Shown piece after piece: positions 39,151-48,990 of a stretch of 64,000 nucleotides of DNA. The notes under the pieces were generated by a model. That model saw nothing but the letters and a program-made list of their open reading frames with translations. It had not been told where the DNA came from and made no database searches. The position numbers and the translations under genes are program-made. Numbering within the stretch: position 1 is the first letter of the stretch; each line of letters starts with the position of its first letter. Origin of the DNA: an uncultured Gammaproteobacteria bacterium (GTDB taxonomy: Bacteria > Patescibacteriota > Microgenomatia > Levybacterales > UBA12049); assembly GCA_964521295.1 (NCBI GenBank), contig CAZFRF010000001.1, positions 334,146 to 398,145 on the forward strand. Reading direction: 5' to 3'.

Positions 39151-40013
39151 ATATTATGAGGCAGAAATTCAATATACCTTTTTAATCCATCTTTCCATGA
39201 AGGCAATTCAACACCAAGTTTTTTTGCTTTTATATTTGCTAATGCAGAAAAAGTTGGTCTTTTTATTCCACCAGAAAGACCTTTCCTATCAACTGGCTTA
39301 ATTTTTACATTATTTTTTTTAAGATTCATTATCTCTTGAGCAAACTCAGCCCAAGAACAATACCCTGAATTTACTAAATGATATATGCCTCCCTTAGGTT
39401 TTTTACTGAGTAACTCAAATGTTGCATGCGCCAAATCTACTGCATAAGTAGGGCTTACAATTTGCTCAGATGAAACCTCAATAACCTTTGCATTCCTTGC
39501 TTCCCTTAACATATTAAGAACAAAATTACCCTTCACCCTACTACCACTAACTCCTCCATAAACACCACATGTTCTAATAGTTATACTATCTTGATCGTAA
39601 TTAGTAGCAACTATTTCACCCGTATATTTAGACAAACCATACATATGAAGTGGATTTGGAACATCTTCCTCTGTATATGGTTTTCCTTTTTTACCATCAA
39701 AAACATAATCAGTGCTGTAATTTATAAATTTAATTTTTTTTTCTTTTGTTATTAATGCAAGATTGTGAATTGCAAATGAATTTATTGAAAAAAGCTCTTC
39801 AGGATATACTTCTGAATGTGGGGCTGCATGCATTGCAGCGGTATTAATAATTACATCTGGCTTATATTTAGAAATTACTTTTAAAACTTGATCATAGTTA
39901 CAAAGATCAACATCCTCTCTGGTAACACCAATTAATTTATGCTTAAACCCTGGGCCTTGACGAAGTATTTCACTACCTAATTGTCCATTTTTACCAAAAA
40001 CTAAAATCTTCAT
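39147..40013 (-). CDS. rfbD: RmlD/RfbD-like NDP-4-keto-6-deoxyhexose reductase
   Basis: GKNGQLG, STDYVFDG, YGLSK, SPTY. Start at ATG 40013. Confidence 0.88.
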   Translation of the reverse strand: MKILVFGKNGQLGSEILRQGPGFKHKLIGVTREDVDLCNYDQVLKVISKYKPDVIINTAAMHAAPHSEVYPEELFSINSFAIHNLALITKEKKIKFINYSTDYVFDGKKGKPYTEEDVPNPLHMYGLSKYTGEIVATNYDQDSITIRTCGVYGGVSGSRVKGNFVLNMLREARNAKVIEVSSEQIVSPTYAVDLAHATFELLSKKPKGGIYHLVNSGYCSWAEFAQEIMNLKKNNVKIKPVDRKGLSGGIKRPTFSALANIKAKKLGVELPSWKDGLKRYIEFLPHNI

Positions 40014-40540
40014 ATCTTGAAATCTTCCCAACTAGAATCTTTATCTGATAAAGTTGCTTTCTTTATTGGCCAATTAATTTTAAAAGCCGGATCATTCCAT
40101 CTTATTCCCCGCTCATCATCTGGTGAATAATATTCAGAAACGAAGTATTCTACAGTTGTATCCTTTTCTAAGGTCTGGAATGCATGCGCACATCCTTTTG
40201 GTATCACAAGCATTTTATTATTTTTAGCTGTTAATACTATTCCAAACCATTTACCATAAGTTTTAGATCCTTTCCTAATATCTAAGACAACATCAAATAT
40301 TGAACCACTTATGCATTGAACAATTTTATCTTCTCTTTTTGGTGATTTTTGGTAATGAAGACCCCTTATTGTTCCTTTTTTTTGGGTAAAAGATTTATTA
40401 ATATGAACAATATCATACTTAATTCCAAATTTTTTTAATATTTCTTTTGCGAATACTCTATAGAAATAGCCTCTTTTATCTCCAATTATTTTTGGTTCAA
40501 TAATAAATGCGCCTTTAATTTTTGTTGTAATTATCTGCAT
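40010..40540 (-). CDS. rfbC: RmlC/RfbC-like 3,5-epimerase
   Basis: DKRGYF, GTIRGLHYQ, DIRKGS.TYGKW, GCAHAFQTL, LSDKD. Start at ATG 40540. Confidence 0.9.
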   Translation of the reverse strand: MQIITTKIKGAFIIEPKIIGDKRGYFYRVFAKEILKKFGIKYDIVHINKSFTQKKGTIRGLHYQKSPKREDKIVQCISGSIFDVVLDIRKGSKTYGKWFGIVLTAKNNKMLVIPKGCAHAFQTLEKDTTVEYFVSEYYSPDDERGIRWNDPAFKINWPIKKATLSDKDSSWEDFKI

Positions 40541-40541
40541 A

Positions 40542-41573
40542 TTAATTCCAATATAACATATTATCAATCTTATTCTTAGCTAGTAAATCTTTTAAGATTG
40601 AAATACGTGTAAAATCTTCTGATATAAAATCTTTTTTTGAATATTTATTCTTTCTCAAAATAACCACTAAGTCTTTTACGGATTTTGATAACATCCAACT
40701 TTGCTTAATATTTGGAAAAAGTTTATGAAATTTATTAAAATTAACCTTATAACTTCTGCTATCTTTACCATGTTCACCTGTAAAATTAATACGTGACTTA
40801 GGAAGACATTTCTTAACTTCTGCTACTAAATCTTTAACCTGAAAATTATTCTCATTAAATCCAATATTTATTACTTTCCCATTTATTTTTTTACTATCTG
40901 CTTTTAAAAACTGCATAAATATATTTGATAAATCTCTAACGTCAATCAACGGCCTCCAAGGAGTACCATCACTCATTATTCTAATTTCACCCAATGCAAG
41001 CGCAGTTGTGACTAAGTTATTAACAACTAAATCATTTCTAAACTTGGGCGCATAACCATAAACAGTTGAATTTCTTAAAATCCCAACGCAAAAATTTTTA
41101 TCTGATAGTTTTATAAGGTTTTTTTCTGAATTAATCTTTGACCTTGCATATGCAGTTATAGGATTAACCTTTGATTTTTCAGTTACTGTGTCTTCCTTTG
41201 CGATTCCATAAATACTACATGATGATGAAAACAAAAATCTTTTTACCCCAGCCCTCTTTGCAAGCTTAGCTAAGCGAATTGTTGATTTAAAATTAATTTC
41301 TTGAGTTAAGTCGTCGTCCAATTCTCCCATTGGATCATTTGATAGGGCACTTAAATGAATAACTGCATCTATACCTTCTAGATCATGTATATTAACTTTT
41401 CTAATATCTTTTGTAATTATTTTGTAATTTGGATTTTTATATTTTTGGGGAATGGTTTTTTTAAAAAAAACAGTGTCAAAACCTACAACGTTATATTTAT
41501 TTTTTAATAACAAGGGAACCAACGAGCTTCCAATATACCCCCTATCACCAGTAACAAGTATGTTTTTCATCAT
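40542..41573 (-). CDS. NAD-dependent nucleotide-sugar epimerase/dehydratase (SDR)
   Basis: TGDRGYIG, SNDPMG, SSCSIYG, YARSK, DGTPWRP; immediately downstream of rfbF. Confidence 0.85.
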   Translation of the reverse strand: MMKNILVTGDRGYIGSSLVPLLLKNKYNVVGFDTVFFKKTIPQKYKNPNYKIITKDIRKVNIHDLEGIDAVIHLSALSNDPMGELDDDLTQEINFKSTIRLAKLAKRAGVKRFLFSSSCSIYGIAKEDTVTEKSKVNPITAYARSKINSEKNLIKLSDKNFCVGILRNSTVYGYAPKFRNDLVVNNLVTTALALGEIRIMSDGTPWRPLIDVRDLSNIFMQFLKADSKKINGKVINIGFNENNFQVKDLVAEVKKCLPKSRINFTGEHGKDSRSYKVNFNKFHKLFPNIKQSWMLSKSVKDLVVILRKNKYSKKDFISEDFTRISILKDLLAKNKIDNMLYWN

Positions 41574-42376
41574 TTACTCCAAACTTTCCACTTAGGATCT
41601 TTTTTCCACTGAGCATTCATTTCTTCAACATCCTGATAAGTATCCATAGCTGCCCAATATCCATCGTGATAATAAACCGCTAGCTCTTTCTTATTAATCA
41701 TTCTTTCAAGGGCTACCTCTATCATTTCTTTTGGCTTAAGATAGTCAAAAATCTTTTTGTCAAAAATCATAAAACCACCATTTACATATTGGTTAAGCTT
41801 TGGTTTTTGCTGAAATCGTTTAATAATTCCTTTTTTATCTGACTCTATTAATCCCCACTTTGATTTAGGATGTACTCCTGTTACCACACCTGCAACTTTC
41901 ATTTTATTATAGAAACTTACTAGTTCATTAATATTTACAGCACCAACTCCATCACCATATGTGACCATTAAGGTGTCTGATTTAATATATTTTTTAACTC
42001 TTAATAATCTTTCACCAGTTAGAATTTCTTGGCCGGTATCTACAAAAGTTATATTAAAATCATCATGCACTTTCTTACTATTTCTATGGACTATTTTTTC
42101 CCCTGATTTTAAATTAACCGTTAAATCATGCGTTAAATATTCTTCATTTATAAAATAATTTTTTATATAATCACCTTTATATCCCAAAGCAATAATAAAA
42201 TTATTAAATCCAAAATGAGAATAGATTTTCATTATATGCCAAAGAATTGGTTTCCCTCCGATTGTTACCATAGGTTTTGGACGAAATTCTGTTTCCTCTT
42301 TCATCCTAGTTCCTTGACCACCACAAAATATAACTACTGGTATATAATTATTTTTATTTTGATTTTTTATTTTCAT
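41570..42376 (-). CDS. rfbF: Glucose-1-phosphate cytidylyltransferase
   Basis: CGGQGTRM.EET..RPKPM.IGGKPILWHIM, DTG, TYGDG, NGGF, WAAMDT. Confidence 0.9.
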   Translation of the reverse strand: MKIKNQNKNNYIPVVIFCGGQGTRMKEETEFRPKPMVTIGGKPILWHIMKIYSHFGFNNFIIALGYKGDYIKNYFINEEYLTHDLTVNLKSGEKIVHRNSKKVHDDFNITFVDTGQEILTGERLLRVKKYIKSDTLMVTYGDGVGAVNINELVSFYNKMKVAGVVTGVHPKSKWGLIESDKKGIIKRFQQKPKLNQYVNGGFMIFDKKIFDYLKPKEMIEVALERMINKKELAVYYHDGYWAAMDTYQDVEEMNAQWKKDPKWKVWSK

Positions 42377-42391
42377 AAATAAATTAGACTG

Positions 42392-42420
42392 ATATTAACA
42401 AATAAAATAATTTTTTACAA
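42392..42420 (-). promoter_or_regulatory. Putative internal promoter for the rfbF sub-operon
   Basis: TTGTAA-17-TAATAT with TG extension in the 53-bp gap upstream of rfbF; AT-rich background lowers confidence. Confidence 0.4.
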
Positions 42421-42429
42421 TTATATTTT

Positions 42430-43155
42430 CTATTTATTCTTTGCTCTTAAAACAATAAAATGTGCATGCCTTGGATCAATATTACTTAAAAATTTAGATA
42501 TTAAACCAAAAAAAGGAAAATAACCTACTCCTTTTATCTTCTCTACCTTAAAGCCGTATTCTTTAAAAGCATCAATAAGCATTTTGTAAGCAAGCACCTT
42601 ATTATGACTTAACTCTCCTAACTCATCTTCATTTTCAATCAGATAACCCTCAGCTATAGACAAAGGATTACCTAATATCTTATTGGCAACTCCATATGCG
42701 GTAATAAATGGTTGCCAACCTAAAATTAAGGCTATTATATTTGGCCAATTAGATAAATTATCTGTGCCAACTATAATATGCCCACCTTTTTTTAAAATCC
42801 TCTTGGATTCCTTTAAAAAAAGTCCAGTGTTATACAAATGCTCTAAGCTAAAATGACTTAATACCATATCAAAAGACTCATCTTTAAATGGAAGCTTATG
42901 ATTCAAACTTGCTGGAACAAATTTAATTTTTTTACCTTTTAAATATTTTTCCATGCTAATTGAATCAATGCCAAAAACAGCAGAAGACTTGGCTTTTTTT
43001 GCAAATTCAAGGGTTAACTTTCCATCACCACAACCCAAATCTATAATCTTAGATTTATTTTTTACTGGTATAAGCTCAATAAAAGATTTAACCTCTTCTT
43101 TTCCCCAATCTTGAAATATGAAAAATGAATATTTTTTTATTAATTTAATTAACAT
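42430..43155 (-). CDS. Class I SAM-dependent methyltransferase
   Basis: IDLGCGDG, LPF..ESFD, LEHL; paralogous to 29075..29836. Confidence 0.87.
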   Translation of the reverse strand: MLIKLIKKYSFFIFQDWGKEEVKSFIELIPVKNKSKIIDLGCGDGKLTLEFAKKAKSSAVFGIDSISMEKYLKGKKIKFVPASLNHKLPFKDESFDMVLSHFSLEHLYNTGLFLKESKRILKKGGHIIVGTDNLSNWPNIIALILGWQPFITAYGVANKILGNPLSIAEGYLIENEDELGELSHNKVLAYKMLIDAFKEYGFKVEKIKGVGYFPFFGLISKFLSNIDPRHAHFIVLRAKNK

Positions 43156-43156
43156 A

Positions 43157-44119
43157 TTAATTATTATTAAAATATTTTATTGTATTAATTAATCCTTCTT
43201 CTAGACTTATTGTTTCTTTAAACTTAATTATTTTTTTAGATTTATTTATATTGGCAACTCTATCTCTATTTACTGCGTCACTTTTTAGAAATATAATTTT
43301 ACTTTTACTTTTTGTTAATTTAATAATTAAATTAGCTAATGATTTAATTGATACTACGTTTTCTCCAGCAATATTAACTGGTTCTGGAGTTGGATAATAT
43401 ACAACTAGATCTAACAATGCTTTAACTAAATCGGTTACATATATAAATGATTTTCTAGAGCTTCCATTGCCCCAAATTGTTATATCTTCATTTTTTAATG
43501 CTTTCTCAATAAAAAGAGGAATTACTCTACCTTTTTCCCTAGAATAATCTCTAGGACCATATACGTTTCCAGGTCTTGCAACAGATATTTTAAGACCATG
43601 CTTACTATAAATTTTTGCTGCAACCTCACTAAATCTTTTTGACCAAACATAGCCATTTGCCTCTTCGTCTAAATTATAATGAATATCAGTTTCTTTAAAT
43701 GGAGTTTTTTCTTTTGCTGGATATACCTCTATTGAAGAAACAAGCAAGACTCGATCTACCTTATTAATTTTTGCTGCTTCTAATATATTTAAAACAATAT
43801 TGTTATTTTCTCTAAATATTTGAGATGAGTTTTCTTCTTTAAATATGGCACTTCCGTCTTTTGCGGCAAGATTTAAAATAATATCTATATTTTTAGTTAT
43901 CTTTAAAACACTATCAAAATCTAACAAATCAATCTTTTTAAACTTAATCTTTTTTTTAGATTTTACTAAATTGGTATTTATTTTTGAGGAAGTGGATTTT
44001 TTAGAAATTATTGCAGTAACATTGGCATCATTTTCTACTAAAAGATCACACAGAGTAGATCCTATAAACCCAGATGCTCCTGTTAATAATACTTTTTTAT
44101 TTTTCCAATAATTATTCAT
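43157..44119 (-). CDS. NAD-dependent epimerase (GDP-mannose 3,5-epimerase/GDP-fucose synthase-like SDR)
   Basis: TGASGFIG, SSIEVYP, YVWSK, RPGNVYGP, WGNG...SFIYV.D. Confidence 0.8.
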   Translation of the reverse strand: MNNYWKNKKVLLTGASGFIGSTLCDLLVENDANVTAIISKKSTSSKINTNLVKSKKKIKFKKIDLLDFDSVLKITKNIDIILNLAAKDGSAIFKEENSSQIFRENNNIVLNILEAAKINKVDRVLLVSSIEVYPAKEKTPFKETDIHYNLDEEANGYVWSKRFSEVAAKIYSKHGLKISVARPGNVYGPRDYSREKGRVIPLFIEKALKNEDITIWGNGSSRKSFIYVTDLVKALLDLVVYYPTPEPVNIAGENVVSIKSLANLIIKLTKSKSKIIFLKSDAVNRDRVANINKSKKIIKFKETISLEEGLINTIKYFNNN

Positions 44120-44952
44120 TTTATTATTAAAGAATGTATTATTCCCACAACTCCACCAAAGGATTCAACGGCTTTCATTATAACAAACACGAATGCATCA
44201 AATGGCCTTGATACAAATAATCTCCAGTTCTTAAAATAAGACACTCTAATTGGAAAATAGCTATATACACCAACCCTAGGCCTTTTCTTAACATACTTAA
44301 GAACATCTTTACCATATATATACTTTTTTTTGAATAACTTTGTAATTGTTAAATTTCCTTCATTGTGCCTAACTATACTCTTTGTTCTTCCTACTCTATA
44401 TCCTTTATCTAATAATTTATAATAAAGATCACCGTCATCCCTGCCTGATGCCAGCTTCTCATCCAAACCGCCTACTAAAAGCCATATTTTTTTCTTGAAA
44501 AATCTAGGCGCCTCTATACCATCGTCTCCCCAATAGCACCTTCTTTCTAAATTTTTAGCTTTCGCCCAAATACCAATACCAAATGATTCTTCTGGTAGAA
44601 TAACCCCATCATATTTACCTTCACAAAGAGATACTGCCTCTTTAATTAGATTTTTTTCAAGCTCCATATCTGAATCTAGGTAATATACATATTTTCCTTT
44701 TGACTTAACTACTCCATAATTTCTTTTCATTGTGGCGTCAAAAGTACCTGGCTTTACTTTTGGCACAAAAGTAAAAACTTTAGATTTATACTTTTTTGCA
44801 ATCTCACTAGTTTTATCACTAGATTTTCCATCAACGATAATCACTTCAATATTTTTATACGTTTGGTTTTTAATACTTTTTAAAGTATTTTCTAGTGTCT
44901 CAGCAGAATTTCTTGTTGGAATTATTATTGAGACTAAGTTGTTTTTTTTCAT
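44116..44952 (-). CDS. GT2 glycosyltransferase
   Basis: SIIIPT, VDGKSSD, RNYG, LDSDM. Confidence 0.88.
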   Translation of the reverse strand: MKKNNLVSIIIPTRNSAETLENTLKSIKNQTYKNIEVIIVDGKSSDKTSEIAKKYKSKVFTFVPKVKPGTFDATMKRNYGVVKSKGKYVYYLDSDMELEKNLIKEAVSLCEGKYDGVILPEESFGIGIWAKAKNLERRCYWGDDGIEAPRFFKKKIWLLVGGLDEKLASGRDDGDLYYKLLDKGYRVGRTKSIVRHNEGNLTITKLFKKKYIYGKDVLKYVKKRPRVGVYSYFPIRVSYFKNWRLFVSRPFDAFVFVIMKAVESFGGVVGIIHSLIIK

Positions 44953-45794
44953 TACTTCTTTCTTGCAAGTATAGCAGTACCTAATCCGCTTTTATTATCT
45001 ATAAGAAGATCAAGCTTAGACAATAAATACAAGAATGGATAAAAAATGCCAAGCAAAATAAAACCTTTAGGTAAAATCATGTGATTTAATTCCCAAGCAA
45101 GTTTTCCAAAAAAACCAAATGTCTCTCTTGCCCAAATATTACTAAATCCTAAATCCGCCATTGTTTTTTTTAGCTCATCTGGCGTAAAGCCCTCATGAAT
45201 ATGCCCTTCATGATGCCAATTCTCTAAACTCTTGAAAATACGTTTTTGATTTTTTTGAGGGGTATGGATAAAAAGATATCCACCCTTTGCAAGCAATTTA
45301 TAAAAACTTCTTAGAACATCTTTATAATCATCTATATGCTCTAAAACATCAATATTTACTATTAGATCATATTTATTCTTATTTTTAAAAGAAGGCCTTG
45401 TGACATCACCGTATATAAAATTAGTATTTTCTATCTTTAACTGTTTTGCAAACCCTTCTGAAAAAGACAGTTTATTCTTATCAATCTCCCATCCATCAAC
45501 AACTGACTTATTAAATTTATTACTAAGCCAAAAAGTATATATTCCTATACCACTTCCTGCATCAAGCACTCTTTTTACCTTGCTTATCTTAACCCTCTCC
45601 GAAACCATATCCCTAAAATAGCTACTTCTTAATTGAAACCCAATCTCTGGAATACCAAAAATAAGTAAATATGTTTTTTGAAGCAAAGTAAGAATTAAAA
45701 AATTTTTATTTTTAATGTTTTTCTTATTTCCTGACATCTCTTTAAGAGAATCCATAAGAATTTGTGGATGATTATAATAATTAGAACCAAACAT
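44952..45794 (-). CDS. Class I SAM-dependent methyltransferase
   Basis: VLDAGSG.G, DVLEHI, GGYL..HTP. Confidence 0.86.
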   Translation of the reverse strand: MFGSNYYNHPQILMDSLKEMSGNKKNIKNKNFLILTLLQKTYLLIFGIPEIGFQLRSSYFRDMVSERVKISKVKRVLDAGSGIGIYTFWLSNKFNKSVVDGWEIDKNKLSFSEGFAKQLKIENTNFIYGDVTRPSFKNKNKYDLIVNIDVLEHIDDYKDVLRSFYKLLAKGGYLFIHTPQKNQKRIFKSLENWHHEGHIHEGFTPDELKKTMADLGFSNIWARETFGFFGKLAWELNHMILPKGFILLGIFYPFLYLLSKLDLLIDNKSGLGTAILARKK

Positions 45795-45800
45795 AATTAA

Positions 45801-47120
45801 CTATTGTTCATTATATAAAAAAATAGTCCAAATATTTAGGAGGAAAATAAAAATTAAAAGAGCATAATTTAATAAATTAGATTTCCTTAGTGTTTTTGGG
45901 AAAACAAGTGGAACAAGTGAAAGACCACAAAGTATTAAATATACTCTAAATATTAGAAACGAGAATCCATAAGACGCTCCCCAACTAAGCTGTAGCATTG
46001 AAAGGCCAGTAAAAAGCAAAAAGAGCAATGTGAATATTCTATTTTTATTAAAATGATCTTGTAAGAATAAAGCAATAGAAACTATTAAGAATGGATAGAA
46101 GGGAAATCTATACCATCCATGACTTGGCTCATTTGGGATTGCAAAAGTATAAACTGCAAAATATGCCATAAATGGAATTAGAACTAAATAGTTTTTCTTA
46201 ATATCTTTGGCTGCAATTAAAAATATCGCAAACCAACCAATATATATCCACCCATCAATCATGAACCTATCAACCGCATAAGGAGAAGTAAAAATAGCAA
46301 AAATACTATTAAAAATTAAATCATATCTTTGTAACTGAAAACTTAGTAAATCAAAAAACAATTTGGAATCATAATGCACTCCATAAACAACAAATAATAA
46401 TACTATTGGTATAACAATTGCCAAAAATCTAAAGACATCATTGAATTTTCTAAATAAAAGTAAAATAAGAATCACTGCTAATGTAGCTGCAAGCCAAGGG
46501 AGCTTTGCTAAGGCTAATATTCCACATATCACAGCAGCTAAGTTTCTAAAAATAGTTTTTTTAGTTTTTAAAAACCTATGTATTAATAAAAGTGACAATA
46601 AGAAAAAGGGGATAAAGAAGTTTTCGTTTTGAACAATTCTTGATCCAACTACAACAGTTGGTACAGTAGCATAGATTAAGGCAGATAATAATCCTATTTT
46701 AAATCCATAAAACTCTGCGGCAAACACATATAGCATAAAAATACTTAAAACTCCAAGTATTAAGGCAAGTCCTCTAATATGTTGTACATCTACTTCATAC
46801 ATATCCTTTACACCCGATAATAATGCATAGGAACCTGCAACTAAACCAAATACAGGTGGGTGTTCAAGATATGGCTTTACAATAAAAAAATTTGTTTTTT
46901 GATAAATCACATGTTTCTTATCAGTATATTGAGGATGATATGACCAGGAAATTGGAGTATGATTTTGAATAATATTTATTCCAAGCCATGTCCAAGCATA
47001 TTCATCAAATGTAGATCCAACTCTTGGCCATGTATATAGATTGTTAAATCTAAGCACTAATCCTAGAACTAATATTAAAGCTAATAGTAAAAATCTAAAT
47101 TTAAATAAATACTTATCCAT
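45801..47120 (-). CDS. GT-C (ArnT/PMT-like) membrane glycosyltransferase
   Basis: TFDEY, LEHPP, SRIVQNEN, LAK, GWYRFP; multi-TM. Confidence 0.8.
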   Translation of the reverse strand: MDKYLFKFRFLLLALILVLGLVLRFNNLYTWPRVGSTFDEYAWTWLGINIIQNHTPISWSYHPQYTDKKHVIYQKTNFFIVKPYLEHPPVFGLVAGSYALLSGVKDMYEVDVQHIRGLALILGVLSIFMLYVFAAEFYGFKIGLLSALIYATVPTVVVGSRIVQNENFFIPFFLLSLLLIHRFLKTKKTIFRNLAAVICGILALAKLPWLAATLAVILILLLFRKFNDVFRFLAIVIPIVLLFVVYGVHYDSKLFFDLLSFQLQRYDLIFNSIFAIFTSPYAVDRFMIDGWIYIGWFAIFLIAAKDIKKNYLVLIPFMAYFAVYTFAIPNEPSHGWYRFPFYPFLIVSIALFLQDHFNKNRIFTLLFLLFTGLSMLQLSWGASYGFSFLIFRVYLILCGLSLVPLVFPKTLRKSNLLNYALLIFIFLLNIWTIFLYNEQ

Positions 47121-48219
47121 TTATTGCTACTTTTTTAATAACTGATAAACTTTTTACTGCTGCATCTTCCCAGTCAAACGTATGAGCCCACTTCTTAGCA
47201 TTCTTTGATAATCTAAGCCTTAATTCCTTATCGCTCAGCACTCTACATACTTTTTCAACAAATTCTGACTCATTTTCTGCAAGAAAACCCGTTTGACCAT
47301 CTTTTACTGACTCTGAAAGACCTGCAACATTAAATGCTACAGTTGAGGCGCCATGTAAATTTGCTTCAATAACTGAAATTCCCCAACCCTCTCCGATTGA
47401 AGGATTTACAAATACCCATGTCTTAGAAAGTAAATGCTTTTTTTCTGATTCACTTACTGGACCAATTATTTTAATTTTTCTTCTTGCCACACTTCTCATA
47501 GTCATATCTGTAATTGACGATGCCTCTGTGCCCCAACCTGCAATTATTAAATTTGCATTTGGAATTTTTTTTAATATCTCAGGCATTAACTTGATTAGCA
47601 AATCAACTCTTTTATACTTTTTAATTCTTCCTAAATATAGAATTGTTGGTTTATAAAATTTACTTAATGAATTACTCACCTTTACCTTATTAATTCCACA
47701 ATAAACAATTTCAATATTCTTACTCTTTAAGCCTAATTTAATTAGATCGTCTCTAGTAGTCTTTGAAATAGAAATAATTTTTGTATTAATATATAAAAGA
47801 GGAAAAAGATATTTTTCTATTACAAATCCTACAATATTTATAGGAAAAGGGAGTTCAATAAAAAATTGCTTACCATGGACATGATAAACAACAGCAATTT
47901 TAGGCTTTCTAATATAAAAAGGGGTAAAAAAGGGAATTCCATTTTGCACATCTACAACAACATCTGTATTATTTCTAAATTTTTTAAAATAATATATAAA
48001 TGCCCAAAAATATAAAGCAAACCTTCCACCTTTTCTATAAACCCTAATGCCATTTATCACTTCTTCGTCTTTAAGACCACCTTTAACATCTTGTCCACAG
48101 AAAAGACTTACACTATGTCCCATCTTAACCCATCTTCTTGCAAGCTCTGAAATATAAACCTCTCCTCCTCCTGCCCACTCATGTCTTGTATCTCTCCAGT
48201 TTAAAATTAAAATATTCAT
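47113..48219 (-). CDS. GT4 glycosyltransferase
   Basis: NWRD..H..AGG.E, GRIKKYKR, EGWGISVIEAN. Confidence 0.9.
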   Translation of the reverse strand: MNILILNWRDTRHEWAGGGEVYISELARRWVKMGHSVSLFCGQDVKGGLKDEEVINGIRVYRKGGRFALYFWAFIYYFKKFRNNTDVVVDVQNGIPFFTPFYIRKPKIAVVYHVHGKQFFIELPFPINIVGFVIEKYLFPLLYINTKIISISKTTRDDLIKLGLKSKNIEIVYCGINKVKVSNSLSKFYKPTILYLGRIKKYKRVDLLIKLMPEILKKIPNANLIIAGWGTEASSITDMTMRSVARRKIKIIGPVSESEKKHLLSKTWVFVNPSIGEGWGISVIEANLHGASTVAFNVAGLSESVKDGQTGFLAENESEFVEKVCRVLSDKELRLRLSKNAKKWAHTFDWEDAAVKSLSVIKKVAING

Positions 48220-48956
48220 TTTGTATAATAGTGCAAGATTTTAATTCTATAAAAAACTGCTAAATTATCCCACATCATTCGAATAATTGTTTTCCAAAAG
48301 TTAAAAGCAGAGATAGAGCTATAACCCTTAAAATCAAGCTTTATAGGCGATTCATAAATTTTTCTATAACCAAGTAAGTATGCTACGGCTAAAAATTCTA
48401 TATCAAAAGCGAATCTTTTAACAAGTAGTCTCTTAAAAACATTTTTTGCCACTTCTTTTGTGTATATTTTAAAACCAACCTGAGTATCTTTAACATTAAA
48501 TCCAAAGAGAAGATGTGTAAAATTTCTATAACCCCATGAAAGTATTTTTCTTGCGATTGGATAATTTACTTTTGATTGAGGATGAAGCTTGCTACCAACA
48601 ACAATGTCTGCATTATTAAATTCCATTAAATTAAGCATTATGGATATTTCAGATGGATCAATATCCATACCTGCATCTATAAAACCAATAACATCTCCCT
48701 TTGCTTTTAAAGTACCAAATTTCACTGCGTAACCTTTTCCTTGGTTTTTTTCGTATGTTAAAATTATAATATTACTTTTACTGACTGATTTTACCTTTTC
48801 ATAAGTGTTATCAGCATTACCATCTATAACAACAATTATTTCGTATTTAATGTTTAAATGAGACAAAATACTATCAAGATTTTTAATATCTCTAACAATC
48901 GTTTTCTCTTGCTTATATGCGGGGACAACTAAAGATAAATACTTAAAACTTTTCAT
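48216..48956 (-). CDS. GT2 polyprenol-phosphate glycosyltransferase (DPG/DPM-synthase-like)
   Basis: NQGKGYAV, FIDAG, DTQVGFK, FAFDIE. Confidence 0.87.
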   Translation of the reverse strand: MKSFKYLSLVVPAYKQEKTIVRDIKNLDSILSHLNIKYEIIVVIDGNADNTYEKVKSVSKSNIIILTYEKNQGKGYAVKFGTLKAKGDVIGFIDAGMDIDPSEISIMLNLMEFNNADIVVGSKLHPQSKVNYPIARKILSWGYRNFTHLLFGFNVKDTQVGFKIYTKEVAKNVFKRLLVKRFAFDIEFLAVAYLLGYRKIYESPIKLDFKGYSSISAFNFWKTIIRMMWDNLAVFYRIKILHYYTK

Positions 48957-48990
48957 CAGCGAATAAAATTAGAATCGAGCTTATATTACA

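Noticed and set aside
41456-41470. T7/A8 homopolymer as a phase-variation or frameshift site
   Set aside because: The ORF is intact and such runs are frequent in this AT-rich sequence.
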